A stretch of 64,000 nt of DNA. It comes from an uncultured Candidatus Poseidoniales archaeon. GTDB lineage: Archaea; Thermoplasmatota; Poseidoniia; Poseidoniales; Thalassarchaeaceae. Made by a program: the position numbers and the translations under genes. Positions 18,136 through 28,124 of the stretch are shown here, one piece after another. The stretch covers positions 72,244 through 136,243 of the forward strand of contig CAXAFE010000002.1 in the NCBI GenBank assembly GCA_963968165.1. The letters run 5' to 3'. Each line of letters starts with the position of its first letter. Position 1 is the stretch's first letter. The notes under the pieces are model-generated. The model saw only the letters and a list, made by a program, of their open reading frames with translations, did no database searches and had not been told where the DNA came from.

Positions 18136-18816
18136 TCAAAGGTTTTGTGCAAGCAATTCCATTAGTCCAGTACGCAAAGGCGTGAGGGGATGCCAACCAT
18201 CTCCTCCCGCCCTAATAATTTCATTATTCAAAGGCACAAGATTCGGTCTTTGTTTAATTTTATTCATATTTTCGTTGACAGTTTTAGGAATTTTCGATAA
18301 TGATTCAATTGTATGAGTGTAGTTGATAGAATTTTTGTATCTTGTCCATAGCATATCTAGTTCCTCTAGAACATCCTTATTTGACCATGCTCTTCTGCCA
18401 CAAATATCTAAATTACCTTTTATATTGGCAAATTCATCCGATAGTACAATCATAGATATCGCTTCTACAGCGTCCCTGATATGTACCCAATAATGAACAT
18501 CTAATTTATTATCAAAATCATTCAAGCCGGATTTTAAATTATCCATTAATAAATAAATATCATTTGGACTCCATTTGGAATTACCATCAGGAATTAATAA
18601 ATCATGAGTCCTTATTACTAATTTTGATACATTAATATTCTTTGTATCAGATGGAATTATCAATAGATCTACTTCAAGATTTGTATCAAAACCAATTTTT
18701 ATAGTTGCATCATCAAATTCTGAAACAATATTTGCACCGAGTCTGATTAATCGATCCTCTAGAGCTATATAAAAAAAATCTTTTGAGCCAACTAGGCAAA
18801 TTCTATCATCCATCAT
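18136..18816 (-). CDS. Hypothetical protein, possibly degenerate NAD(P)-binding epimerase-like fold
   Basis: 5 nt downstream of the aminotransferase gene on the same strand. N-terminus ICLVGSKDFF weakly resembles a Rossmann loop, and VHYWVHIRDAVEAI resembles the epimerase hVxDvaeA block. No intact GxxGxxG. Confidence 0.35.
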   Translation of the reverse strand: MMDDRICLVGSKDFFYIALEDRLIRLGANIVSEFDDATIKIGFDTNLEVDLLIIPSDTKNINVSKLVIRTHDLLIPDGNSKWSPNDIYLLMDNLKSGLNDFDNKLDVHYWVHIRDAVEAISMIVLSDEFANIKGNLDICGRRAWSNKDVLEELDMLWTRYKNSINYTHTIESLSKIPKTVNENMNKIKQRPNLVPLNNEIIRAGGDGWHPLTPLRTGLMELLAQNL

Positions 18817-18821
18817 ATCAC

Positions 18822-20447
18822 TTAGGCCAATATAGCCTCAACGTCTTGTAATTTAGTAAAATAAATCAATGCATCTCTCAATACGGAAATAATTAGATCT
18901 ATTTCATTGGATGTAAGGGAGAAATGTGGAGTAAATCTTAGAGCGTTCTCTCCCCCATGTATAATTCCTAAACCATGGCATCTACACCATTCCTCTACCA
19001 TTCCTGGACCAATTACCGTCAACTTTTCTGGATCTAATTCAGCGCTTAATAGTAATCCAGTTCCTTGGATTTTCGTAATACATCCAGGTAATTCTTCTGA
19101 TAATAGTCTAAGCTTTTCCAAGAACTCAGTTCCCCTATCTACAATATTATTTCTTAATTCTGGCGTTATTTTATCCAAAACTGCTACAGCTGTTTCAAGA
19201 GCCCTAGGATTAGTGGTCATTGTATTACCATATATTCCAACTGCATACAAATTGGCAGCTTTTTCACTTAACCCAACTACTGAAAGAGGATATTGTCCAG
19301 CATTAAGTGCTTTTGACCACGTTTCCATATCAGGAACCTTACAATCTTCAAATCCTTCATAATCTACTATACTCAGGCACCCTTGACCCCTAATTCCTGC
19401 TTGGATTGAATCAACTAAGAGCATAGTGTCATTTTCGTCACATAACTTACGGGCTTCGTCATAGAATTCTCTCGTTATACACAAACCAGGGTTGCCTTCA
19501 CCCATAACAGGTTCAATAGCCATTAATTCAATGTAATTTCCATCTTTATTTGCTTTGGAGAAGGCCTCTCTCAATTTATCAATATTATTTGGAGGGACTA
19601 GAATAAGATTTTCACGATCACGAAATGTAGCTAGCTTGGAGTCGTATTTTTCTTTACATGAGTCAGAAATTTGTGCTGGCCTGTCTGTTCTACCATGGAA
19701 GCCTTGATTGAGAGCTAAAAATTTTGGAGTTTTACCTTCATGACGGCCTCCTTTAGATGTAACATTGAATGAATTTACATCTGAGATTCTCAAAGAAATG
19801 GTGACTGACTCTGAACCACTGTTTAAACAAACAAATTTACTAAATGGACAAAATCCTCTTTTGTAACCAACTTCATTTCTGAGTCTATCTGCTAATCTCT
19901 TATGGCTAAAAGAAGGAGTCATTACATTTGCCATAACCCAATTTTCTTTCATTGCCGATATGACGCCATCAGGCCCATGCCCCATTCCCAGCATACCATA
20001 TCCTCCATTATCATGTAAAACTGCTCCATGAGATGTCACAACCCAAGGACCTTTTGCAGCTATGGCGATGTAAGGGTTAATGGTGTATTTAGAGTAAAAA
20101 TTCACATAATCATTTTGTAATTTAATAATCAAATCTTTTTCATTCATATTCATGACATCTGCTCCAAAGTCTTCTAAAAGAATTTCTTGATTGACGAATG
20201 CCTCTCCGATTGCTTCAGGTAACAACGGATCCAATAAGCTAAATTTATCTATTAATTTATCACTTAAGCCGATTGTATCGGCATTTCCTGATTTGTTACG
20301 GATTGCAATTAGTTGCTTAAGGACAGATCTCATGCTACTGCGAGACAGGAGGTTGTTCATCAATATTCTCTGAATAAATTCTCTTTCAGTAAGATAATAA
20401 AAAATTTCTATTTGAATTATTTTAAAAATAAAATTTCTGATAATCAT
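18822..20447 (-). CDS. Class-III pyridoxal-phosphate aminotransferase with ~100 aa N-terminal extension (true start may be internal)
   Basis: Class-III blocks GPWVVTSHGAVLHDNGGYGMLGMGHG and LLVDSIQAGIRGQG (compare DEVQTGFGRTG). 541 aa. Confidence 0.7.
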   Translation of the reverse strand: MIIRNFIFKIIQIEIFYYLTEREFIQRILMNNLLSRSSMRSVLKQLIAIRNKSGNADTIGLSDKLIDKFSLLDPLLPEAIGEAFVNQEILLEDFGADVMNMNEKDLIIKLQNDYVNFYSKYTINPYIAIAAKGPWVVTSHGAVLHDNGGYGMLGMGHGPDGVISAMKENWVMANVMTPSFSHKRLADRLRNEVGYKRGFCPFSKFVCLNSGSESVTISLRISDVNSFNVTSKGGRHEGKTPKFLALNQGFHGRTDRPAQISDSCKEKYDSKLATFRDRENLILVPPNNIDKLREAFSKANKDGNYIELMAIEPVMGEGNPGLCITREFYDEARKLCDENDTMLLVDSIQAGIRGQGCLSIVDYEGFEDCKVPDMETWSKALNAGQYPLSVVGLSEKAANLYAVGIYGNTMTTNPRALETAVAVLDKITPELRNNIVDRGTEFLEKLRLLSEELPGCITKIQGTGLLLSAELDPEKLTVIGPGMVEEWCRCHGLGIIHGGENALRFTPHFSLTSNEIDLIISVLRDALIYFTKLQDVEAILA

Positions 20448-20615
20448 ATAAATAATTAAACTCAGTTTGATTTTTCAATTGAAAATTTCAATAATTATAA
20501 ATTTTTTATATTGAAAAATTAATTTTAATCATGGAATATATATAAGTGCCTTTGATACCTTGGCTTACTTGAGGAACGTGGCGGGGATGCAGAAACACCT
20601 ATCAGAGGAAATAAA

Positions 20616-21209
20616 ATGAATGAAGAATATAGAATACAAGAATTGTTACAGAGAGAGGTATATGTCGGAGATAAATTAGTTGGAATCATAACCGGTGAGA
20701 GATTTCATCCAAGTGATGATTATGTAAAATCAATGAGATTGCAAGTTGTAGATAATGTAGCAAATGAATACATGAGAAAGCCAGCTGAATACGCCCCATT
20801 ATCCAAGGAGTTAGTGCATAGTATTCGCTCCGATGGTGCGGTAAAATTATCAAAATCAATGAGAGAATTACAGCGAAGATGGAGAAATACAGTTAGAATT
20901 AATGAAAAGTTATTTGCTCCAGATGAATTACGAGATAGAGCAATATTAGATAATGATGGATCTGATATTGGTAATGTAATAGGATTAGTAAAAATCAAAA
21001 GAACATACAAAGGATTGGTAGTAAAACCACATTTTATGATGAAAACACGATTTTCATTACCTGAAACAATAATTGTTCCTGTTGGGCAACTATCTAGAAC
21101 AACGGCGAGGTTGGATGAAATAATCCTCAAGTGTTCGGCTAAAAGACTCACTACTTTACCAAGTTATTTGAAGCTAAATAGTGAAGATATTATTTTTGAT
21201 TTGGATTAA
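20616..21209 (+). CDS. Hypothetical protein with two PRC-barrel-like repeats
   Basis: Two copies of the VGxxxGxV type pattern (YVGDKLVGIITGERF, DNDGSDIGNVIGLVKI). Weak. Confidence 0.35.
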   Translation: MNEEYRIQELLQREVYVGDKLVGIITGERFHPSDDYVKSMRLQVVDNVANEYMRKPAEYAPLSKELVHSIRSDGAVKLSKSMRELQRRWRNTVRINEKLFAPDELRDRAILDNDGSDIGNVIGLVKIKRTYKGLVVKPHFMMKTRFSLPETIIVPVGQLSRTTARLDEIILKCSAKRLTTLPSYLKLNSEDIIFDLD

Positions 21210-21260
21210 GTCTACAGAGTAGTCTTCAAAAACAAAGTATAACTCGCAAGGCCTGCACAA

Positions 21261-21338
21261 GGACGTGTAGCTTAGTCTGGCTGGAGCACCCGGCTGATAA
21301 CCGGGAGGTCGCAAGTTCAAATCTTGTCATGTCCACCA
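21261..21338 (+). tRNA. tRNA-Ile (anticodon GAU), CCA encoded
   Basis: Cloverleaf read by eye. Acceptor GGACGUG/CAUGUCC, anticodon stem CCCGG/CCGGG with loop CUGAUAA, T-arm GCAAG-UUCAAAU-CUUGU, discriminator A then CCA. Confidence 0.8.
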
Positions 21339-21369
21339 AATAACTCAACTGCGGTTAATCGACATAGTC

Positions 21370-22326
21370 ATGAAGGGAGAACTCTTCGAAGGAACCAATA
21401 TGCCAGTAGTTAGTGGTACTAATGGTGAAAAAATTGCTAAATCTTTGGCTAAAATTTTAAAGATGGATTATGTCAAAATGGAAGATAGGAGATTTCCAGA
21501 TGGTGAAGGATATGTCAGAATGCCAAAAGACAAAATTGAATCGGTAAGATCTGAAAAAGTGGTTTTGGTATCGAATACTTTCCCAGATTCTGGCATATTA
21601 AAAACAATTTTACTTCTTAATTCCATAATTGATGTTAGAAAAGGTGATTTAGAAAACATAAAGGAAGAAGAACCACAAAGTCTTGAAAGTATTGGAGGAG
21701 GGATAATTTTAGCAATTCCATATTATGGTTATTCAAGACAGGACAAAAGATTCGCTAAAGGTGAAGTCATATCTGCAAAAGTTATAGCTGAATTATTAAC
21801 CAATTACTGTGATGGAATGGTAATTCTAGATTTGCACGAACCTTTGGTAATGGAAAATCTTGATTTTCCGATACAATTTGTAAGTTCAATGCCTGAAATA
21901 GCTGAAAAATTAAGTAAGGATGTATTTCCTGATTTCATACTTAGTCCTGATAAAGGCGCTATAAAGAGAGCATCTGAGGTAGCCGACATAATAGGGTGTG
22001 AGTTTTCGTATTTAGAAAAAACCAGGATTGATGCTCACACAATTGAACACACTCCCAAAAATTTGGATGTATCAGGTAAAGTCGTAGCGATAGTTGATGA
22101 TATGATAAGTACCGGTGGTACGATTTGTAGAGCCAGTGATGCATTGAGGAGACAGGGCGCTGTTGAGGTTCATGCTGCATGTACCCATGGCCTATTTACT
22201 GGAGGAGCCATTACAAAAATGGCGAATCATGTTGATGGAGTTTACAGTACGGATTCATTAGCAAATCCTAGAGCTGTGGTTCCCTCTGCAATAGCATTAT
22301 CCAGAGGGGTAAGAAAATTAATTTAA
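21370..22326 (+). CDS. prs: Ribose-phosphate pyrophosphokinase (PRPP synthetase)
   Basis: PRPP-binding loop VAIVDDMISTGGTI. Start probably at the internal MPVVSG. Confidence 0.8.
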   Translation: MKGELFEGTNMPVVSGTNGEKIAKSLAKILKMDYVKMEDRRFPDGEGYVRMPKDKIESVRSEKVVLVSNTFPDSGILKTILLLNSIIDVRKGDLENIKEEEPQSLESIGGGIILAIPYYGYSRQDKRFAKGEVISAKVIAELLTNYCDGMVILDLHEPLVMENLDFPIQFVSSMPEIAEKLSKDVFPDFILSPDKGAIKRASEVADIIGCEFSYLEKTRIDAHTIEHTPKNLDVSGKVVAIVDDMISTGGTICRASDALRRQGAVEVHAACTHGLFTGGAITKMANHVDGVYSTDSLANPRAVVPSAIALSRGVRKLI

Positions 22327-22411
22327 TTGAAGTTGTAAAAATTATTTTCAATGCGTTGCGTTTATATCAACCAAGTCGTGCGACGGCTTACCTACATGAG
22401 GAGATTATCTA

Positions 22412-22792
22412 ATGAGTGTACATATATCGTTTGAAACCCCACAAGACGTGCAAGAGCAAGTTTATGAAATGGTCAAGGCCATTGGGAAGAATGAACGTGG
22501 TAGGTTAAAGAAAGGTGCTAATGAAGTAACAAAGGCAGCAGAAAGAGGTACTGCTAAAATGATAGTTATGGCAGAAAATGTTAGTCCTGGCGAACTACTG
22601 GCTCATATCCCTATGATATGTAAAGAAAAAGAAATTCCATTTATTTATGTTGCTGATCAGACATTCCTTGCTGAAGCAGCGGGGATGACTACTGGGACTA
22701 AAACTGCTGCTGTAGCAGTTATTTCCATGGAAAAAGATGCACAAGATAGATTTAATGAAATAAAAGGTCATTATGAAACATTATCCAGCTGA
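22412..22792 (+). CDS. rpl7ae: 50S ribosomal protein L7Ae
   Basis: KKGANEVTKAAERGTAKMIVMAENVSP is the L7Ae/L30e kink-turn-binding fold. 126 aa. Confidence 0.9.
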   Translation: MSVHISFETPQDVQEQVYEMVKAIGKNERGRLKKGANEVTKAAERGTAKMIVMAENVSPGELLAHIPMICKEKEIPFIYVADQTFLAEAAGMTTGTKTAAVAVISMEKDAQDRFNEIKGHYETLSS

Positions 22793-22816
22793 GAATTATA
22801 AAAAGGAGAGATAATT

Positions 22817-23035
22817 ATGGCAAAAGAAGCATGGCCAGCAGAAGTTGTGGAAATTGTTGGAAGAACCGGCATGACTGGTGAAGCAACACAAGTAAAAGTC
22901 AGAGTAAATGATTCAAATAATCCAAGAGATATTGGTAGAATAATAGCTAGAAATGTAGTTGGACCAATTCGAGTTGGAGATATTCTAATGTTAAGAGATA
23001 CTGGTCGAGAAGCTCGTAGACTGGGAACTAGGTAA
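22817..23035 (+). CDS. rps28e: 30S ribosomal protein S28e
   Basis: [23 protein letters not shown]...[21 protein letters not shown] is the S28e signature. 72 aa. Confidence 0.9.
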   Translation: MAKEAWPAEVVEIVGRTGMTGEATQVKVRVNDSNNPRDIGRIIARNVVGPIRVGDILMLRDTGREARRLGTR

Positions 23036-23043
23036 GTGATTAA

Positions 23044-23235
23044 ATGCCGGAAAGAAGAATTTGCAGTTTCTCTCATGAAGAAATTGAACCAGGCACTGGG
23101 ATGATGTTTGTTAAGAGAGATGGTTCAGTTATGTGGTTTAAAGATAGTAAAGCACGTAAAAATGCATTAAAACTAAGACGTAATCCTAGAAGATTAAAAT
23201 GGACACAACGTTATGAAAAGGGCGGAATTAAGTAA
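23044..23235 (+). CDS. rpl24e: 50S ribosomal protein L24e
   Basis: CSFSHEEIEPGTGMMFVKRDGSVMWFKDSKARKN is the L24e zinc-ribbon-like fold. 63 aa. Confidence 0.9.
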   Translation: MPERRICSFSHEEIEPGTGMMFVKRDGSVMWFKDSKARKNALKLRRNPRRLKWTQRYEKGGIK

Positions 23236-23289
23236 CTCTTACGCTTTTTAGTAACTCTTAAGATGTTTATATTATCATAACAATCATAT

Positions 23290-23787
23290 TTATTGTGCTG
23301 TGATAGTATATTCTACTCTTGCTGCATCATTCTCATCTGCAGAAAGAAGTCCTGATTGATCCGGAGGTTGTGCTTCTCCACAGTCAGTATTATCTAATAC
23401 TGTTACATAAGTGCCAGATTGTGTGTTAAATTCAATATCTACATTTGCTGTGTTTGGATCACTTAACTGGGAAATATAATTAAAATTATCACACTCTTTG
23501 TAGTTTTCATAGTTTAATTCAGTCATAGTGTACAGATCGATATTAGGTCCATCCAAGAGTTTTAAATTAATTCGTATAACGCTATTACTTTCAATTGTCC
23601 AAGTTAATTTTATATGTTCATCTTCATCTATGAAAATGGTATCATCAAACAACTCTTGTTCTGGATTAATGGTATCTTCGACGCTTGATAAGCACCCTGA
23701 TGACGTTAAAATAATACTTACCAGGAATATGTGTATAATTCTCATAGTTGCCGGAGGTACACCGAGCAAATCAATAATTCGGCTCAT
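23290..23787 (-). CDS. Hypothetical secreted protein, possible archaeal lipoprotein
   Basis: N-terminal hydrophobic segment IIHIFLVSIILTSSGCLSS (lipobox-like TSSGC). Antisense insertion between L24e and ndk. Confidence 0.4.
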   Translation of the reverse strand: MSRIIDLLGVPPATMRIIHIFLVSIILTSSGCLSSVEDTINPEQELFDDTIFIDEDEHIKLTWTIESNSVIRINLKLLDGPNIDLYTMTELNYENYKECDNFNYISQLSDPNTANVDIEFNTQSGTYVTVLDNTDCGEAQPPDQSGLLSADENDAARVEYTITAQ

Positions 23788-23830
23788 TGAGCGAAGATGA
23801 GTGGAATTTTACTTTGCGTTGAAATAGGGG

Positions 23831-24304
23831 ATGTTGTTCGCACGTGATATGGAAGATATGCAGACTACCTATATAATGATTAAACCAGATGGGGTTCAAC
23901 GAGGATTAGTTGGAGAAATTATAACAAGATTTGAAAATAAGGGACTTCGATTGGTAGGCCTCAGGCAATTAATACCATCTAACGAAATAGCCGAGGCTCA
24001 CTATTCCATCCATAGAGAAAGGCCTTTTTACACTGGTTTGATTAAATTCATAACCTCAGGCCCTGTTGTAGGAATGGCATGGACCGGAGTAGAGGCCATT
24101 AAAGTAGCACGTAATATCATTGGTCCAACAAATGGAAGAGAGGCTCTGCCCGGAACAATAAGAGGAGATTTAGCTATGGACATTGGCCATAATATAATTC
24201 ATGGCTCAGATTCAGAAGATACGGCTGCCTACGAGTTAGGATTATGGTTTCCCGAAGGTCTTTCTGAATGGACAAGAGATGCTGAAACTCAGATTTATGA
24301 ATAA
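23831..24304 (+). CDS. ndk: Nucleoside diphosphate kinase
   Basis: [22 protein letters not shown] and the active-site region NIIHGSD. Start probably at an internal Met. Confidence 0.9.
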   Translation: MLFARDMEDMQTTYIMIKPDGVQRGLVGEIITRFENKGLRLVGLRQLIPSNEIAEAHYSIHRERPFYTGLIKFITSGPVVGMAWTGVEAIKVARNIIGPTNGREALPGTIRGDLAMDIGHNIIHGSDSEDTAAYELGLWFPEGLSEWTRDAETQIYE

Positions 24305-24342
24305 TTATTTTATTTGAGAGATGAAAATATGGAGGAGATAAT

Positions 24343-26121
24343 ATGGAAAAAACTAGGCAACCTATTATCGCAATATTGGGCCATGTGGATCATGGTAAAA
24401 CTTCATTATTGGACCATGTAAGGTCTTTGGGGAATGACTCTCGATCATCAGTAATGGATAGAGAAGCCGGTGGAATTACTCAACATATAGGGGCAACTGA
24501 AGTTCCTGCTAAAATTTTAAATGAATTATGTGCTGAGTTGTTAGGAGGAAAAATTTTCGATTCTCCGGGATTGCTGTTTATTGATACGCCGGGACATCAA
24601 TCATTTTCCGCATTGAGATCACGAGGAGGGGCTTTGGCCGATATAGCAATTCTATTGGTTGATATAAACGAAGGGTGTAAGCCACAAACTATCGAATCTA
24701 TCCGTATTCTGAAGGAATCAAAGACGCCTTTTGTAATTGCAGCGAATAAAGTGGATAGAGTGCATGGTTGGAGGTCAATTTATGGTCGATCTATGGCTCG
24801 TGCACTAAAAGAGCAATCTAGCGAGGCTTTGGAGTTATTTGAAAGAAAGTATTGGAAATTGGTTGGTCAATTCGCAGAGTATGGGTTAAACATCGAAAGA
24901 TATGATAGAGTTAAAGATTTTACAAAAGATATTGCGGTTGTACCGGCATCTGCTCGAGAAGGAGAAGGGATGCAGGATCTTCTGGCAGTTGTTATAGGCC
25001 TAGCAGAAAGATATTTAGTAGATAAATTATCAGATTTTAAAGGTCCCGGAGAAGGGACAGTGCTAGAAATGAAAGAAGAGCGAGGTCTTGGTAAAACATT
25101 GGATGTAATTTTACATAGGGGATCTATAAAAAAGGGAGATAAAATAGTATTAGTAACTAACGAAGGCGGAATATCTACTCGTATCAAAGGTATGTTTAGC
25201 CCACGTGGAATGAGCGAAATGCGAGATGCTGGAAATAGATGGGATGATGTAAACGTAGTACATGCTGCTTCTGGTTTAAAAATTAGTGCAGTCGGTTTAG
25301 ACGGCGTGCTGGCAGGGACCACATTAAGAGTAGTGAATAGTGATTCAGAGATTAAAATGGCTATGGATGCAGCGGACGCTGAGTCAGAGTTATCTATTGA
25401 ATTAAGCGAAGAGGGAGTGTGCATAAAATCGGATACTGTAGGTGGATTGGAGGCTCTATCAAAAGAATTGATCAGTATGGGCATACCAATACGAACTGCA
25501 TCAATAGGGAAAGTTGGGCGAAAAGATGTTAGAAGTGTAGAAACATCTGTAGATCCTTTTCATAGGATAATAATGGCATTTAATACTGATATCTTGTATG
25601 ATGCTGAAGTAGAAATTGAAAAGTCTGAAAATAATGTCAAGTATATAAGTTCTGATATTATATATAGGATCCTAGAAGAACACGAAGAATGGGTAAACTT
25701 GAGAAAGGAAGAAATTGAAGAGGAAAATAGAGTAGAAGTAATATATCCCGGAAGAATAAGATTACTTCCAAATCATACATTTAGAGCATCAAAGCCTGCC
25801 TTAGTAGGAGTAAGAATACTTGGAGGAAGGATACAAGTGGGACAGCGACTACTAAAAAATGGGAATAGAATTGGTAGGATAAAGTCGATAAGATCGGGTC
25901 AAGATAGTATGAAGGAATCTATACAAGGATCAGAAGTTGCAGTTGCTATCGATGGTGTTACCGTAGGAAGACAAATTGAAGAAGGTGATGAATTATTGGT
26001 AGATATTCCAGAATCACATGCTAGAAAACTAAACAAAATGGATATAACATCTTCTGAAAGAGAAGTATTAGATGAATTATTTCATATTCATCGTAAGAAA
26101 GATCATTTCTGGGGAAGATGA
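24343..26121 (+). CDS. infB: Translation initiation factor aIF5B (IF2 homolog)
   Basis: G1 IIAILGHVDHGKTSLLD, G3 DTPGH, G4 NKVD. 592 aa, typical archaeal aIF5B length. Confidence 0.9.
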   Translation: MEKTRQPIIAILGHVDHGKTSLLDHVRSLGNDSRSSVMDREAGGITQHIGATEVPAKILNELCAELLGGKIFDSPGLLFIDTPGHQSFSALRSRGGALADIAILLVDINEGCKPQTIESIRILKESKTPFVIAANKVDRVHGWRSIYGRSMARALKEQSSEALELFERKYWKLVGQFAEYGLNIERYDRVKDFTKDIAVVPASAREGEGMQDLLAVVIGLAERYLVDKLSDFKGPGEGTVLEMKEERGLGKTLDVILHRGSIKKGDKIVLVTNEGGISTRIKGMFSPRGMSEMRDAGNRWDDVNVVHAASGLKISAVGLDGVLAGTTLRVVNSDSEIKMAMDAADAESELSIELSEEGVCIKSDTVGGLEALSKELISMGIPIRTASIGKVGRKDVRSVETSVDPFHRIIMAFNTDILYDAEVEIEKSENNVKYISSDIIYRILEEHEEWVNLRKEEIEEENRVEVIYPGRIRLLPNHTFRASKPALVGVRILGGRIQVGQRLLKNGNRIGRIKSIRSGQDSMKESIQGSEVAVAIDGVTVGRQIEEGDELLVDIPESHARKLNKMDITSSEREVLDELFHIHRKKDHFWGR

Positions 26122-26179
26122 ATTGAAGAATTAAAGGTTCAGCCACACCGAACACTCAAGTAGTGAATAAAGTGGGCTA

Positions 26180-27181
26180 GTGATAGAGGTGTATGCAATG
26201 GCTATGGCAGGAAGTAATCCTAAATCTAGAGAACTAATAAATACTGTATCTCAGATTTCAAATTCTCTTATGAATGAAGTCTCAAAGGTAATCATTGGAA
26301 AGCAAGAGAATTTACGTAGAATAGCAGTAGGAATATTATCAAATGGTAATATACTCATTGAAGATGTTCCAGGTACTGCCAAGACACTGATGGCGAATAC
26401 ATTCGCTACTGCTCTTGGATGTAAGTTTAAGAGAGTTCAATTTACTCCCGATTTACTACCTGCAGACATCATGGGAACTTACATGTATGATCAACAAGCG
26501 GGAGAATTTAAACTACGTCCAGGACCACTTTTTACAAATATATTACTTGCCGATGAAATAAACAGAGCTCCTCCTAAAACACAAGCTGCCCTATTAGAAG
26601 CAATGGAAGAGAAGCAAGTAACAATAGAAGGAATAACGCATAAATTACCTGCTCCATTCGTGACTATGGCTACCCAAAATCCAATCGAACAGGAAGGAAC
26701 ATATCCTCTTCCTGAGGCTCAAATGGATAGATTCTTGATGAAAATGAGTATGGGATATCCAAATAGACAAGAAGAAAGGGCAATATTACAGAGAAGAAAA
26801 TTGAGAGGGAAGGATGATCATGAGACTGAAAAAATCACATCTCCAAATAAAGTCGTAGCAATGCAAAAAGCCTTAGAAACCGTGCATGTGGACCCAGCAA
26901 TAATGCAATATATAGTGGAATTAGTTTGGAGAACTAGGGAGGATCATAGGATAATAACCGGTGCATCCCCTCGTGCTAGTCAATCGCTTTTCAAATCATG
27001 CAGGGCATCGGCAGCAATTGATGGTAGAGATTACGTAATACCTGACGATATTAAGAATATAGCTCTACAAATTGTTAGTCATAGAATTGTACTGAAGCCA
27101 GAATCTAAGATAAGAGGAGTCACGGGGCAACATATAATGAGGAAGATTTTGGGCGAGGTTAAGGTTCCAGTAATTCAATAA
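26180..27181 (+). CDS. MoxR-family AAA+ ATPase
   Basis: LIEDVPGTAKTLMANTFATALGCKFKRVQFTPDLLPADIMG is the canonical MoxR Walker A neighbourhood. DEINRAPPKTQAALLEAMEE is the Walker B/sensor. Confidence 0.85.
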   Translation: MIEVYAMAMAGSNPKSRELINTVSQISNSLMNEVSKVIIGKQENLRRIAVGILSNGNILIEDVPGTAKTLMANTFATALGCKFKRVQFTPDLLPADIMGTYMYDQQAGEFKLRPGPLFTNILLADEINRAPPKTQAALLEAMEEKQVTIEGITHKLPAPFVTMATQNPIEQEGTYPLPEAQMDRFLMKMSMGYPNRQEERAILQRRKLRGKDDHETEKITSPNKVVAMQKALETVHVDPAIMQYIVELVWRTREDHRIITGASPRASQSLFKSCRASAAIDGRDYVIPDDIKNIALQIVSHRIVLKPESKIRGVTGQHIMRKILGEVKVPVIQ

Positions 27182-27221
27182 GTAGATAAAATCAATTAAC
27201 TAAGATGTCTGCCTAACTAAC

Positions 27222-28124
27222 ATGGCAATCATCATAGCTTGTGTAAATCATAAGGGAGGGTGTGGTAAAACCACTACTGCAGTCAACCTTGCTACTTCAC
27301 TTTCTATTGGAAATGAAGATTTTAAAATTCCACCGAGAAAAGTCCTGCTTATTGATTTGGATCCAAAAGGAAATATTTCGACTACTTTTGGACTAGATAA
27401 AAATTCTATAAGTTTGACTATGAATGAGCTATTTAGAAGTGAAATAGAAGGTTCAAATATTAATGTAAAAGATTTTTTAGTAAGTCCAACAATAATTACA
27501 AAATCAATGAGATCTGCTTGGGAAAAGCATAATCCAAAAAAAATACGAGGAGCACCAAAAAATATTGAAATTAATAATCTATGGATACTACCTGCAGATT
27601 TAGATTTATCAGGAATAGAAATAGATTTGGCCACTAGAATGGGCAGAGAAAATAGATTAGAAATAGCTATTAGACAGATAAGTATGGATTTTGATATAAT
27701 AATTATTGATACTCCGGCTTCTTTAGGGTTATTGACAATTAATGCATTAGCGGCTGCTGAGTGGATTTTGATTCCAATACAATCAGAATTTTATGCCCTA
27801 GAAGGAATGAGTCAACTTATGAATTCAATTAGAGATGTACAAAAGGCTGTTAATCCTAATCTGAAGTTATTTGGTATACTGCTTACAATGGTTCAGACAA
27901 GAAGTAAATTATGCGAAACAGTTGTCGAACAGGCTCGTAGATATTTTGGAGAAAGTGTCTTTAAGACACAAATTCAACGTTCTATTTCAATTGCTGAAGC
28001 ACCATTAGAAGGGACTCCAATAGTACTTTCTCATAAACCAAATAAATCAAATCAAGGTAGCGATGGATATTGGCATTTGGCAAAAGAAGCTAACGATAGA
28101 ATTAAAAAAATACTTAAAGATTAG
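27222..28124 (+). CDS. ParA/MinD-superfamily ATPase (Soj-like)
   Basis: Deviant Walker A with signature lysine, NHKGGCGKTTTAVNLA. 40 nt downstream of the MoxR gene. Confidence 0.8.
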   Translation: MAIIIACVNHKGGCGKTTTAVNLATSLSIGNEDFKIPPRKVLLIDLDPKGNISTTFGLDKNSISLTMNELFRSEIEGSNINVKDFLVSPTIITKSMRSAWEKHNPKKIRGAPKNIEINNLWILPADLDLSGIEIDLATRMGRENRLEIAIRQISMDFDIIIIDTPASLGLLTINALAAAEWILIPIQSEFYALEGMSQLMNSIRDVQKAVNPNLKLFGILLTMVQTRSKLCETVVEQARRYFGESVFKTQIQRSISIAEAPLEGTPIVLSHKPNKSNQGSDGYWHLAKEANDRIKKILKD

